Assembly: GCA_028534125.1 (NCBI GenBank) | Contig: CM052816.1 | Coordinates: 99,450,001 to 99,514,000 of the forward strand | Reading direction: 5' to 3' | Length of the DNA: 64,000 nt | Source of the DNA: Lama glama | Lineage: Eukaryota | Shown here: positions 24,571-37,322 of the stretch, one piece after another | How positions within the stretch are numbered: the stretch's first letter is position 1 | How the letters are laid out: each line of letters opens with the position of its first letter | Translations under genes and position numbers: made by a program | Notes under the pieces: generated by a model | The model's database searches: none | The model's input: only the letters and a program-made list of their open reading frames with translations | Told to the model about the DNA's origin: nothing

Positions 24571-27535
24571 TGTCCAGAGACACTGCCTTTAAATCCTATC
24601 CTAATCTTTGCAAGAACAGGGAATTGGTGGAGATACGTTCATTTTGAATTATGAAAAAAGCTTATAAATAAAATCTAAAACTTCAACAAGACAGAAGTCT
24701 TAAGGAGTGGAGTTTAGATGTTTTCAAACTTAATGAAGATGTAAGTATCAATTCCTCCTGCAACAAGGAGGGGAGACTCAAGCCCTCCCTGCTCTGAGTT
24801 CGAAGCAAATATGCTTTTCACGTGTCCGGGGCAGAGAGCAGTGGAGTGAATTCCCGATGAATGTCTCTGAGAAGTGCTTTCACTGAGACGAGGTTGGGGA
24901 GAAGCGTGACTGGAGTCCAGGTGGGGACGGGGCGCAGGGAGCGCCCGGGAGCAGCTGTGACCCGTCCTTGCTTCCTGGGAGTCAGGGGAGGACGCCCCTT
25001 ACTTGTAAGTCCCAATGCCCGGGGAAGGGGGGCTGTGAGGTTGGCTCAGGGCGGAAGGGTCCAGGGCAAAGCCGCCCTGTCCTCTCCAGCAGCTTAGGGG
25101 GATGTTGAGGCGGTGCTGAGAACTCCTCGCTCATTAGACTGTGAGGATGGGGCTGAGAGAAGCTGGCTGGTACAGGGATTTCAACATGTGATAATGGACT
25201 GTTGACTTTTATGTTCTTTAGTAGCTCTATTCAGCTGCGTGTCTGTAGCATGGATTTACAAACATTTCGGATAAACACCTCTAGCTCTTGTACCAACCTT
25301 TAAGTCATGTATCTCTATTTTATTTATCTTTAAGATTAAGTCTTCTTTCAAACCATCAGGGCATTGAGCATGTTTGAACAGTCATATTGTTTCTATTATC
25401 TTACAGAATCCATATTAAATGAGTCCATATCTTATTAAAACAAATCAGCCCCGTTTTTTAAGAGTTGTTACAAATGGATATTTTCATTTTGTAAAGCAAA
25501 GGAATAATGGCTTTCTCAATTTCTTTAATGTATTTCCTGAGAACTTAGATAAAATTGCACAGAGCAAAATACATACACATGCACACAAGTTGAACTCATG
25601 TGAAAAGGGTGCCATCTGAGCCAGATGGAGCGCTGCGTCACCCTCAGTCTCCTGGCCGTGATACTGTGCTGTCCTCATGCGAGACGTTTCCGCCGGGAGA
25701 AATGGGTGCATGAGGTCGCTACATAATTTTTTGCAATTTTTTTCACGTGAACCTACAAGTATCTCCACATAAAAAGCTTAAAATCATAGCACGCAAAATA
25801 AAATATTTATACTTACCCTGCCAGCTCTGTATACATACAGAGAGACATTTCCAGGGACGCCCATCGAAGGTCACAATCGCTGCTGCAGCATGGTAGGATT
25901 TTTTCCTGATTAATTAATTTTACTTTTCTTTAAAACATTTTTTCACATAACTTAGCTTTCTTAAAACGAGAAATTTTTCAAAGGAAATTCCAGCCTTTAT
26001 TCAATTAAAATCTAATGAAAATGAGCATAGCCAGCATGCTCAACCAAGGGGAAGACACGGAGACAGCTCTGTTTGAGGAGACACGTAGATGGCAGTGGTG
26101 GGCGGGGCCCCTCGGAGCGAGGCCGGGAGCCAGAGGCGGTGCCTACCACCCTGTGCTTTGCTGGCCCACAGCCCCAGTTCAGCCCCATGCCTGAGAGCTG
26201 CTTGTCCACTTGTCTGTCCGTTGCAGACAAAACTCCATAGAGCCCGCTGGACACTGTGCCTCCGGTGGTTCCTGTCTCAGGCCCCTGCAGGTGATAAAGA
26301 AAGAAAAACGTAATTTGGTGGGATTTGTGCTATAAATGTAGGCACCTTGGGAGCTTGTAGGAACAGCAGAGAATACACTCTTGGATACTGGTGCCAGGAT
26401 CTGACCCTGGCAAGGCAGGGTGAAGCTGGCCCGGCCCGTGGTTGGGGTGGGAAGGGGGCTGGAGTATGGGGCCCGCCCCAGGCAGAGCCGTGCCTGCAGA
26501 CCTTCCTCCCTCTGACCTCCAGGCCCTGGGGGGCGGAGTCACCTTTCTGGTTGCAAGGAGAACATCAGCCTTCTGTGGAGAACGACTCACTGGGATCTGG
26601 GGATTCAGGTAACAATGCTCTGAAAATAAACGGGATGTGCCTTCGGACGTTTAGGAGTGAATCTGGCTAGAGCGTTTGTGAAGCCTTTTAACTTACTGGT
26701 TATGAAATGTGTGTGATGCAGGCCTGTGATTTTCAAGGAGCAGATTTTTAAGTTATCCAACCAGGTATAGTATGAGACAGAATCATATATTTAAATACTA
26801 AAGCTAGATTTGAGGTACCAATCGAACACTGTGTGTTAGACCTTAAAGGGCGTCAGCAGTGGCCTGCCCCCTGTGCTCCTTGACTTTCCTTCGCCACACT
26901 TTCCTCGCCCTGTCTTTGACCTGCCATCCTCCCCTCCATCAGGCAATATGTCGTTTCTTTCAGTCTCTGGGTGATCTGCCCCACCCTGGCTCCAGACATC
27001 CAGAGGCCCGGTTCGGAGCTGCTGCCTTCCCTCCTTCTGAGCTCGGCTCTGACTCCGAATAACCCTCAGCCCCACCCCCCACCTTGACCTGGGAGGTCCC
27101 TGGGCCCAGGTTGCGGCGGTGCTGGCCTCCAGGATGGGTCCTCCTCACCCAAGGGCTGCCAGGGAGCTTGTGCTGGATGCTGGGCAGGCTTGGACTACAG
27201 CAGGAAGAGACAAATGGAAACCTGCCTAAAGACAACCAGCCTGGGGTGAGATGGGGCAGGAACCCCGGGTTTGGGTGCCTAGTAGCCGAGCACTGGGCCC
27301 CACGCAAGGTGATCTGCCAGGTGGCCCAACCAGATATCCTAGAGACTCAGTACCTCCATCTGCAAAATGGGTCCAAGGTATGCTGCTCAGGAGGGTGGAT
27401 TGGATCAAGGTCTGACTCTATGGGAACTCCCTTACCTTACTGCCATCACATTCTGTGGCTCCCCAGGATGGAAGCTTCTTGAAGATTCATATTCCTTCTG
27501 ACTGTGGCCAAGAACATTAAAGGTAGGTGTATTTA

Positions 27536-27815
27536 AGAAAGAGACTCAGAGACATAGAAAATGTGCTTACGGTTTCAAAGGGGAAAGGAGAGGAGAGATA
27601 AACTGAGAGTTTGGATCTGCAGAATCGAAGTGCTGTATACAGAATAGATAAACAAGGTCCTACTGCGTAGCACAGGGAACTATATTCAACAGCTTGTAAT
27701 AACCTATAATTAAAAAGAATAGGAAAAAGAATATATATATGTATGACTGAATCACTATGCTGTACACCAGAAATTAACACAACATGATAAATCAACTGTA
27801 CTTCAATTTAAAAAG
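27536..27815 (+). mobile_element. L1 3' end with degenerate TSD
   Basis: aacaaggtcctactgcgtagcacagggaactatattcaac...actgaatcactatgctgtacaccagaaatt. Flanks are aggtaggtgtattta and aagtaggtgggttta. Confidence 0.9.
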
Positions 27816-29279
27816 AAGTAGGTGGGTTTATTACCTGTAACGTGTCACTTACATAGTCAAGTAAAGGGCGTTATAGGAAAAAGAAAAGAAAAGATGTTGT
27901 GGCCCTATAAATATTTCATAACCTTTGGTCATTTTATTCCAATTCCTTTTAAACATCCAATAGCCTAATCAGATAAGGAATTAAATAATTTCAGGCTTAC
28001 ACAGATTTTGGGCACTCTTACCAGTGATGGAGGATTGTAGACTTTTGCAGAACCTAGTCACCTGATGGTAGTTGGTGACTTTGTGACTCAGCAGCACTTA
28101 AGCTTTCTTCAGTGACCACTCAGAAGACAACGACCCTCTCTAGGTGATCCAAGGTGCTATCTCCTGGGAACCCCTCCTCTCCTCCGCATGGCTAGGCTGG
28201 GGCTCCAGGACCTGCAGCCCCACTCCTCGCACAGCCACAGAAAGTGGTCCAAGCATGGACGCCTGACCTGAGCTGCACCCGTAACGATCCTCGAAGCCAC
28301 ACCTGGACACTGGAGTCTCCTCTCGGAGTCTCCAAGCAAGAATCGAGGGGAAGTCAGTCTCCTCCAGCAGAGCCGCACACTGGGTGTGGGCAGCCGTGTG
28401 TTCACTTAGAGGAGGCTGAGATGGAACCCACCGCGTGCTGAGTGCGACCGACGTGAGCTGGGCGTCCCTGAGATGCCATGTCCGGTTATCCTGACCCATT
28501 GCAAGCCGGGCCCACATCCCGGGACCCGGGGGCCGATCGCTCCCCTCCTGCCCAGGTGAGCTCGTGTCGGGTTTCTCTGTCCAGCACCCACAGTCCCACA
28601 CCACGCAGTTACCCCCACAGACTCCTCCCAAGAGAGTTCCATGGGGCTCCCTTCGGTTACCGGTGGGACACGTTCTCTACGGTTTTGAATCCTTTGACTT
28701 CTCTCTCTGTGAATGGAAAACTTTTCTTTGCATTGTCTTGATGTCCAAAATCACTTTCGATTTGACATCAAGCCGGGGAGGGTGTCATGAAGGGCCCCCG
28801 ACACCGCTCAGCAGTAGACGGCGCCACGCTTGCCAGGCCCAGGGCAGGACGTGGCATGCGCAGCCGGGTGGAGGCGGGGCAGCAGGCTGGGGCACCGCGC
28901 TGTCCCGCTGCCCTGGTACCGAGGCCTCTGTGTCAAGTTCCAAGTGCTTGTTCAGCACCCGAGGCAGCGGGGCATCGATTGTCGCGGTGCCCTGGGAAGC
29001 CGCAGAGAGAGCTCTTTCCAAATATACTTTGCATTGATCAGCAACGAGGAAGTTTGCAGCTGCCTAATGTGAAAATGCCAGTAAGCATAACCTTGCATCT
29101 GCGAGCGTCCCTCAGAGCTGCGGCTGCTTTTCTAACCGTCAGGGGTGAGAAAGGCGCGACCAGTTCTGGCTCTTCGGTTTCTCCCGACCCCGTGCTAGAT
29201 GTGTGATAAGAAACTGTATGTAAAATTGAAGAGAGGATAAAAGCAACGTGAGATGTGTGCCTGGAAATAACAAAACACC

Positions 29280-29490
29280 TAGCGGACACGCTGTGCCGGG
29301 GCGCCTGGGAGCCGGCCGCACCGGGCTCTGCGAGCGCGGCGTCCGAGGGTCGGGGCCGCAGGGGCAGCGAGCGGCACAGGCAGCCCGGGGCGGAGGGCCT
29401 CCCGGGGCGCACAGCCCGGCCTGCCGCAGGGGGTCCACAGGGCCGCGTGCGGGGGGCTCGGCGGACTCCCCGGGGCCAGGCCCTGTGAGC
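29280..29490. promoter_or_regulatory. Small CpG-dense patch
   Basis: About 200 bp of very GC/CpG-rich sequence, with GCGGCA at 29371-29376 and TGCCGC at 29422-29427. Confidence 0.45.
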
Positions 29491-29607
29491 GACTTAGACT
29501 TGGGGTAAAGTAATGCCTGTGCGTCCTTCTGTAATGGGTGCAGTTCGCACAGAAGCCATGACATGGTCACTCTGATTTCACAGGCCACGTTTTAACCTCC
29601 GACAGCC

Positions 29608-29770
29608 AGTGTCCTCAAGCATGGGGGGAGGTGGAAGTCATCTCAGAGACCTAATTAAGACTAGGGATGCCCAACCCTCCGTCCCAGCGATTCTGATTCA
29701 GTGAGGTGGACTCACACACGTCTGTTTTAAGCACCGCCCTCTGTCCTCTGAGGTGCGGAAGGTCAGCTTT
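29608..29770. mobile_element. MER5A-like hAT DNA transposon
   Basis: cagtgtcctcaagc...cccagcgattctgattcagtgaggtgg...tgttttaagcacc resembles MER5A. Confidence 0.6.
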
Positions 29771-31015
29771 AAAGGAATAAAAATAAAACTAAGAGAATTG
29801 CTGACACAACAGTGTCATAGCTTCTATAGGTCCTGATGGTGCGAAGAGCATATAAAATACAATTTTAACAATTTATTCACTTAGACCCATATTCAAATGT
29901 CACTGTTTTACAATAGTCATCGGCGTGTTTACTTTTTTGGTAAAAAAATAATTGCTTCAGAAATGTTTATCACAATAATTAAAAGGCACTCATCCATTTA
30001 ACCATTACCTACATGTCAACATTTACATCTATCTTTGGAATTTCCAAACCCCTCTGAGAACCTGTGAATGAGTCTCCCCTGAGCCTGCAGAATGGCTTGT
30101 ATCTTTGCTGAAATGCACAAAGCTATGCCAATGAGGTTGATTCCAGGTGCTCTGGAAGAGAGAAAACGTGGACTTGGGGACAGATTGAAGACCCTCCAAA
30201 TCCATTTGTACTGACACAGGAGAAACCCGTGAGTGAAGGAAGGGGAGTCTGGACTCCTCCTCTGCACTTTACTGTGTATTTCCCATTTGCTGTGGGGTTT
30301 TGTACAAAAGGGCGGGCACACGAGGCCACTGGGAAATTCCTAAAGCAGAAAGTCAGTAGCACACTTCTTGGCGTGTCAAGTTTGGATCCTTGAACTCCTT
30401 GCGACTGTTCCTCCAGCTCCCTGGTCTAACTTCTCTCTCTGCCTTCAATTCACTTCCCTGGGGTTGGGGGGGTGTGCCCCCCCTTTGGCCAGAGCCCCAG
30501 CTTGTCTGTGGTCAGCTCTTTCCTGTGTGATGTCCTTTTACCGCACACACACTGACAGCTCCACAATCTCGTCTTCATGGAGGACGTGAGGTCTGGAGCC
30601 CGGGTCCCCAGCCGCCCTCAGGCCCCTCCTCCTCCAGTGTCTCTTTCTCCTGTTCCTCTTCCCCTGGCTTCGGCCTCTGCTCAGCCCCTGACTCTAGCAC
30701 CCTGGCACCTCCTGCTGAACCTGCCCTTCTGTGAATCTCACCCGCCCTCCTTCCCATTTGCTAGGATTAGCACTTTCATCTTGGAGGCCACCTGCTTTGA
30801 GAGGTACATCTTCCAAAGCCAGCTCTGTGTCACTGTGGGAGAGGTTTTAATGGGAATTAAAGCAGGCATACCCTGGATGAATGTCCTTCAATGGCCCCTT
30901 GACCCTTGCAGGACAGTGTGAAGCCGGCTGCACGTTGCAGTAAAAGGCAAGACCTCTACAGTGTCTCCTTCCCTAGTCCACTTTCTGATCTCCAGTGAGC
31001 ATCCCCTTAACCAGC

Positions 31016-31405
31016 TGCAAGAGTTTCCTGGAGGCACTGGAGCAAATCCCCACCAGCGTGAAGCTCGGACAACAGAGGTGTGTCCCCTCCCAGTCTGGAG
31101 GCCAAAGTCTGAGCTCAAGCAGTGGGCAGGGTGATTTTCCGAGTGTCCTGAGGGAAGGGTCTGCTCTGGCCTCGCTCCGGGCTGAGAGGCCACAGCCCCT
31201 CACGTCTCTGCACTGGCCTTGCCTTGTGTGTGTCTGTGTCTCCATGTCCACTTCTTGTAAGGACACCGGTCAGCAGTCACACTGGGAGGGCCTGCCCTCA
31301 GTAACGTAAGCATCTCCTCAAAGGCCCTGTCTCCAAACGCCGGCACGTTCTGATGTGCTGGCTTAGTGCGTCAGCATGAGGACTTGGGGGAACAGTCCAG
31401 CCCAG
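31016..31405 (-). mobile_element. MLT1B-like solo LTR
   Basis: agtttcctggaggc...cagtctggaggccaaagtctgagctcaag...cttcttgtaaggacacc...aaggccctgtctccaaa. Confidence 0.75.
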
Positions 31406-34227
31406 AGCTCTGCCGTGCCCCACGGCTCTGGCAGGAGATCTCGAGGAGGAGTTTTCTCTCTAAAAAGCTGCCTCCCCTCCACTGCCTCCTCTCTGTAGGG
31501 GGGAGGACACACACACTTGCTCACACTCACACACTCACCTGGACGCACACCCACCCACACACAGACACACAGGCCATAGGTCCTGTGATCTGTCGTCCTT
31601 CTGTGCCCTTTGGGCAGCACACCTGCGACTCGGGACACCTGGGTTCTAGGCCCCCTGGGCCCACGTCTTCCCCGCAGGGAGGTCTCCTTCTGGCCACATC
31701 CCTTCTCCAGACCCAGGTGCCCGCCTGCCGAGTGACAAAATGATGAACTGACTCTCAAGGCCTCACGGGGCTCCAGGGTTGGAGCAAGTCTGAAATACTC
31801 TTACTTCGGAATCAGTCTACCTCCTTCCTAGAATCATGATTCTGCCAGCTGTGGGTAACCACAGAGTCAGAGACCATGACGAGAGTGTCGCCAGTGATTT
31901 AGAAGAAGATGGTGGAATAAGTTACAGGATGAGGGGTCCAGAAAAACTGAGGCGTCTAGGGAATCAGCGATGCCAGTAGAAATGGAATCCTCTTTCTGTG
32001 ACCTGCAAAACGTGCGCACAGGGGATTGCTCTTAGAGCAGATGGCTTCGGGAATTTTCTACGGAATGTCATTTGTCTCAAGTAATTTGTTTTTCTGGCTT
32101 GTTCTGCAATTCCAGTTTTGAAATTTTTTTATGCAGCTTCTGACCATTGATAGTGTCCTAGTGTTGGCTTTAAAAATCATGTGTAGAGCTTGTCTGATTA
32201 CAGGAAGTTACGTCTAAGCTACGTGCTGTCAACACTGTGGTGTCTGAACGGGGCCGCATGCAGACCTAGTCAGCAGGCACCGTGGGAGGGAGCCGTGCGG
32301 CGCCAGCTGTGAACGTCGCGGGGACCACGGCTTCTGCCGTCCTTCGGAGCGTCCGTGTAATGATGGAAACAAGGACAGTGCGATGATTATTAAGCAGGCT
32401 GCTTTCAGGACGTTATTGAGCCCGTTAATTACTTCTCAGTCAATGACCGGAGACAATGCTTTACATCTGAAGTGGCTCTAAGTTTACGTCAGTGTGTGGT
32501 AACATGTCAACGTTCACAAAAAGCAACATTAAAAACCACAAAAAACAGCAACAGCAGGAACAAGGTGATCTGGGTGCTTGGGAATCTGCTGAGGGGGATT
32601 ACTAGATCCTGGGTGGGGGGTCTCTGCCCACTGCCCCCCACCCCTCCACCCTGCGGCCTGCGCTGAGGGGGCGGATCCCGGGAGACCAAGAGCTGGGGGA
32701 CACCTGCTATTTTGGGATGAGAAGCGTCTATTCTCAGGCAAGCTCCACTTTCAAAGAACAGGTGCCTTGGAGCAACTCAGCGAAGGCAGAAGTCATTCTC
32801 CTCAGAATCTTCCGGTCAGTACCGGGCGGGCAAAAGCCCCGCGGGTCCGGGAAGACTGAGGATGTGTGTCTAAACAGGAGATGAATGGTTCTGAAGGTGA
32901 GCTCCCCGCCACTGACTCTCTGTACTGCGGGCTTCTGAGAGCCTGCCTCAGGATCGCCTTAGGAGAAGAGCTGAGCGCCAACTTCTGTTCGCTGAGACTC
33001 ACAGGGTCCCGGCCACCTGGCTGTGGTCCAGGGAACAGGAGGCTCTCCGTTCCTCATTAGCAGCCAACGAAAATACACTCCCCGGCTCATCAGTCTGAGT
33101 CTGAATGAGGAATTAATAATCAGGTCAAGACTGAATATTGATCAGAATCGTCCAGCTGATTCCACCCAGAGAGAGATCTGAGACCTGAGGGGTTTCTTTC
33201 TAGCTAATCAGAATGAATGAATCAATGAATCAATGACTCAATCAATAAAGTGTGACATTTTGCAGCTTAAAGGCAGCTTCCCTGAAAACTGATAAATTCA
33301 ATGTAGAATGAGTGCCCCTGTTTTAAGTCGGCCACTCCAGCAAAACACCTGCTTTGCGCACATTTCAGACCTGATCTTCACAGGGTGACTGAGTTAATAC
33401 TGAAATCAGAAATTTGGCACCATTTCCCTGAGTCCCTCCCACCTCCTCCGAGCGTCACACACTGACGGGCCCCTTCTAGCCCTTGGTGCCTTGAGCAGGG
33501 AGGGACGGCTTCCGTTTTAGGCTTCGGCTCGTTTTTAGTAAAATCAGTGAATGAGGCCGGGCACCTTGCCGATTTCATTTTAGAGGTGTCAAAAGTGTCA
33601 CTGGCTACTTGAAAGACACAGGCAGATTTGATTCTGTAGCAGGTCTAATTCAGCAGGAAGGGGTCGCCCAAGGCAGGGAATACAGATCTGCTAGTTTAAT
33701 GTGTGAGTTACCCTCGAAAATACCCAGAGAGAGAAAAGGAGCAGAATCTTTGCCTGAAGCTGCCTCCTCTCGTCTAGGTTTTGTAGCAGACTCGCCTCCG
33801 CATCCCCTTCCTCTGTCTTGCCTCATGTCTTCTGTCTCCTTAGAAAGGCCTCCCGGGCTGAGCTCCCTGCAGCCCACATGGGTGGGAACACTCCCATCGT
33901 GAACAGCACGTCCATTTCTGGAAAAAGATTTCTATGTGTTTTTCTTGTCTTCCTTCAGTCTGTTCAGTTATGACCTAAGTAAACAATCAAAATGGACTTA
34001 GACCAGGTCTGCGTGGCGTGATCACGCCGGCGCACTCGGGTGCACTTGCCACCTGCTGCCCTATCGCTCTGCGGGCAGGGTGGATGCCTGCATGAGGATG
34101 GAGGCAAACCCGAGCTTGCGGTGTGCTCTTCTGTACATCCCACAACGTCCACGTCAAAAGATTATCCATCCCTTTTGGTGATGGCTCTCCTAAACTGACA
34201 CGTGAAAGTCAGCGTTGACTTTATCTG

Positions 34228-34372
34228 GAGCTGGAGAGTCTGAGTCCACACCCCGCTCTGCTCCTCGCGAGCTGTGTTCCTCGGTTTCCTCACTGGTCCA
34301 ACTGGGAGGAAAACAGTCCCCGCAACACAGAACCATGGTGAGGACGAAATAAGCTGATGGACTCAAAGCACC
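34228..34372 (+). mobile_element. MIR SINE fragment
   Basis: gagctgtgttcctcggtttcctcac...gtgaggacgaaataagctgatg matches the MIR core. Confidence 0.6.
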
Positions 34373-36689
34373 ACAGTGCCGACTTGAGTCCTGCTGCTGT
34401 CCCCGCCGCTGCCGTCTCTGCCGTGCTCAGTGCCTAACAGATCCTCCTCAGTCAGGCCTTCATCCTGCCACGAGGCGCGGACACTGTCCGTCCAGTCATT
34501 CAACAGCTGTCCTGCCAGTGCGCTCCACCTCCAGGGATGAAGGGATGAGCGCGAGGTGGCCCTTCCCTGAGGGAGCTCAGGGACACAAAGGCTCACGGGA
34601 GACGTGGACCCTCACTGCCCAGGACAGGGCTGACTGTGTGGGACCCTGGACCAACGCAGAGAAGGCCCGGGGCTCCAGTGTGGGTGGCGGCTCTCCGTGG
34701 GGGCAGGGCAGGGAAGGCAGGCTAGTGAAGGTGGCCCTCCTCCTCTGCTGGGCGAGTGCCAGGGGAAGGGAGCGTGCTGTGATTGTAAGTCTAACGGACC
34801 CCCAGTCACGTGTACACACAGACTGTCTCCAAAACCCACGCCCTTTAGTTCAGAAACAGCTCAAGACACATCAGAGTGGGTGGCCCCAGAGATCTGCAGA
34901 GGCCAAGTGACCAGGAGGCCCATGAATGGGTCTGGTGGGGAAAGGGTGGGTCTGGCAGGGACAGCAGGGCATCCCACATCCCAGGGAGTCACTGGGGTGG
35001 ACACAGCGCCCGGGGGGGGGCGGGGGGAGGGGAGCCCAGCCCTGAGGGATGGAGCCGTGGGAGGAGGAGCTGGCCGCACGCACTGTGCTGTGGGGATCAC
35101 TGCATTGGATACGAGGGGCTGGTCAGAGGACAGGACAGGCTGGCCCCAGTGGGGAGATCGCTCAGTGGGGACAGACGGTGATGCACTTGGACTTCACCCT
35201 TAGACAAGAGGAGTGTGTTGGGCACTGTTCTGCGGTGAGCAGGCTGATGCTTTAGGTGGAGTCGGGTGGGAATGGGGGCAGGGCTTCAGTGCCCATCAGG
35301 GTCTCTGCTGAGCGCAGCCTGGCTCCTGCTTTTTGCTGGAAAGTATGCCAGGCCTTTCCTGTAAATAGGGAACCACACTGCCAGGGGGTCTCCTTCACCC
35401 CCCTCTTTCCTCTGTCAAACTTCTCCAAATACGCTGACATAGGTTCTGACTCGATGTTGCAAAATGGTTTCCACTTCAGTCGCTCTGCGGAAAACCCTCT
35501 CTCTGGTCATTCGCTCAGTGACGCGTCCGGCCAGGTTTGCCGGCTGAAGATGCGCTGGCTCCTTCTCTCTCAGTTTTCCTGTCACAGGGCTTTCCGAGAA
35601 CTCGAGGTTTTACTGTCTTCTCTCTTCCCTGCCTCATGCCCCCAGCTTTGGGTGCACAGCCTGTAGGAATTAAAACTCAGAGGAAAGGTTTCAGCCAGGC
35701 CTTCCAGTTGGCTGAACACCCACCCGTAAGATCAGAGGAAGTCCTTTCTCATCTCATTAGTGGACGCACCACAGAATCCATGCACGTGTAACTGCTCCAG
35801 GAAAACCTGGTTAAGCCTCATTCGGTAGGTGGTTTGTTTTTCTAAACATCAAGAAGTTAAGTGAGATGATGAAAACATAACTCAGCAGTAAACCAAAAAT
35901 AAATGTTTCATGAATTACACCTGTGATAATGTGTGGGCTGGTGAGCTCTCAGGGGGTGATTTTAACACACAAGCACACAAACGAAACTTTCTATTGGTGG
36001 GAGGCAGCGGACTCCCTTCTGACTCCCACCTGCTGTGGTCCTTGGCTGTCAGGATCCTCACAAGGGTGGGCAGGGAGCCCCTCCTCTTCTGCATCTGCCT
36101 CTGGCTTTTCTCCGCCGTCCCTGCCCTCCTGCCTGTCTGCTGCTCAGACCTCAGATCCTAGTCTTCTGTCACATTTCAGTCAGTACACGCCTCCATCTCC
36201 CTTGGAGGACGCTGAGGTTCCAAAGGCACCAGTCTTCATCCACAGATTAGGGATCCTCAGATCTACTCTGAATTTGACCAAGAAGCCACACATTTGAGCT
36301 CATTAGGTGAGCATCCCAAGGGAAAGTCAGCCAGACCTTTTTACTCATCACCAGTTAGGTAGAAGTGGCCCCACCCTAAATTCTTGTTCCATAGTTATTT
36401 TCCTCACCAAACCTATTTCCAGTCTAGATATTTCAGGTTCTCCATCCTCATTTTCCCATTTCCCAGACTTATAAGTGCACTGTCCTTTATCTGTCAGCAT
36501 TCATTTTAAGTTCAACCTCTGTTTGGTCCTGTGTGGACTGTGTTTGTTGGGTCATTTCTATTCCTATCGGGATGACTCTGCCTAAACCTGAGGTCCCAGC
36601 ACCCCCCCCCACAGGAGATCCAGTGCCACATCAGCTCCCAAGGACCTGTCACCCCAGAAGTGCAGTCTTTGCCCATCTGGGAGCTGAGT

Positions 36690-37322
36690 AATGGAACACC
36701 AGAGACTGGGAAGCTTATAAAATGGGGTGGTTTACAACAACATAACGCCATTTGCAGCAACAAGGATGTTCCTGGAGAATGTCATTCTAAGTGAAAGAAG
36801 CCAGAAAGAGAAAATGTAGAATGGATGGACAAGATTGTGCTGTACAGCACAGGGAAATCTATACAAGGTCTTGTGGTAGCTCACAGCAAAAAAAAATGTG
36901 ACAGTGAATATATGTATGTCCACGTATAACTGAAAAATTGTGCTCTACACTGGAATTTGACACAACATTGTAAAATGACTATAACTCAATTAAAAAAATG
37001 TTTAAAAAATTCAGCGGTTTATTTGTCACAGTTCTGGAGTCTGGAAGCCTGAGGTCAGGGTGCCAGTGGGGTGGGGTTCTGGTGAGAACCCTCTGGTTTA
37101 TAGAAAGCTCTTTTCTCACTGTATCTGCACATGGCAGGAGGGTGGGAAGCCCTGTGGGGCCTCTTTTATAAGGGCGCTGATCTCATTCATGAGGACTCCA
37201 CCCTCATGACTTTATCACCTCCCAAAGTCGCCACCTCCAAGCGCTGTCATTTTGGGGGTTAGAATTTCAACATATGAATTCTATCCATGAACAGAACACA
37301 TGGACGCAATCTGCCCATAACA
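36690..37322 (-). mobile_element. MLT1A-like LTR interrupted by a young L1
   Basis: caccagagactgggaagcttataa [L1] tttatttgtcacagttctggagtctggaag...cctcttttataagggc...catgaggactccaccctcatgac...ttagaatttcaacatatgaatt. Confidence 0.8.
36736..37008 (+). mobile_element. Camelid-type L1 3' end with internal deletion
   Basis: gccatttgcagcaac...ctggagaatgtcattctaagtgaa...ataactgaaaaattgtgctctacactggaatttgacacaacattgtaaaatgactataactcaat, then an A-rich tail. Confidence 0.85.
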
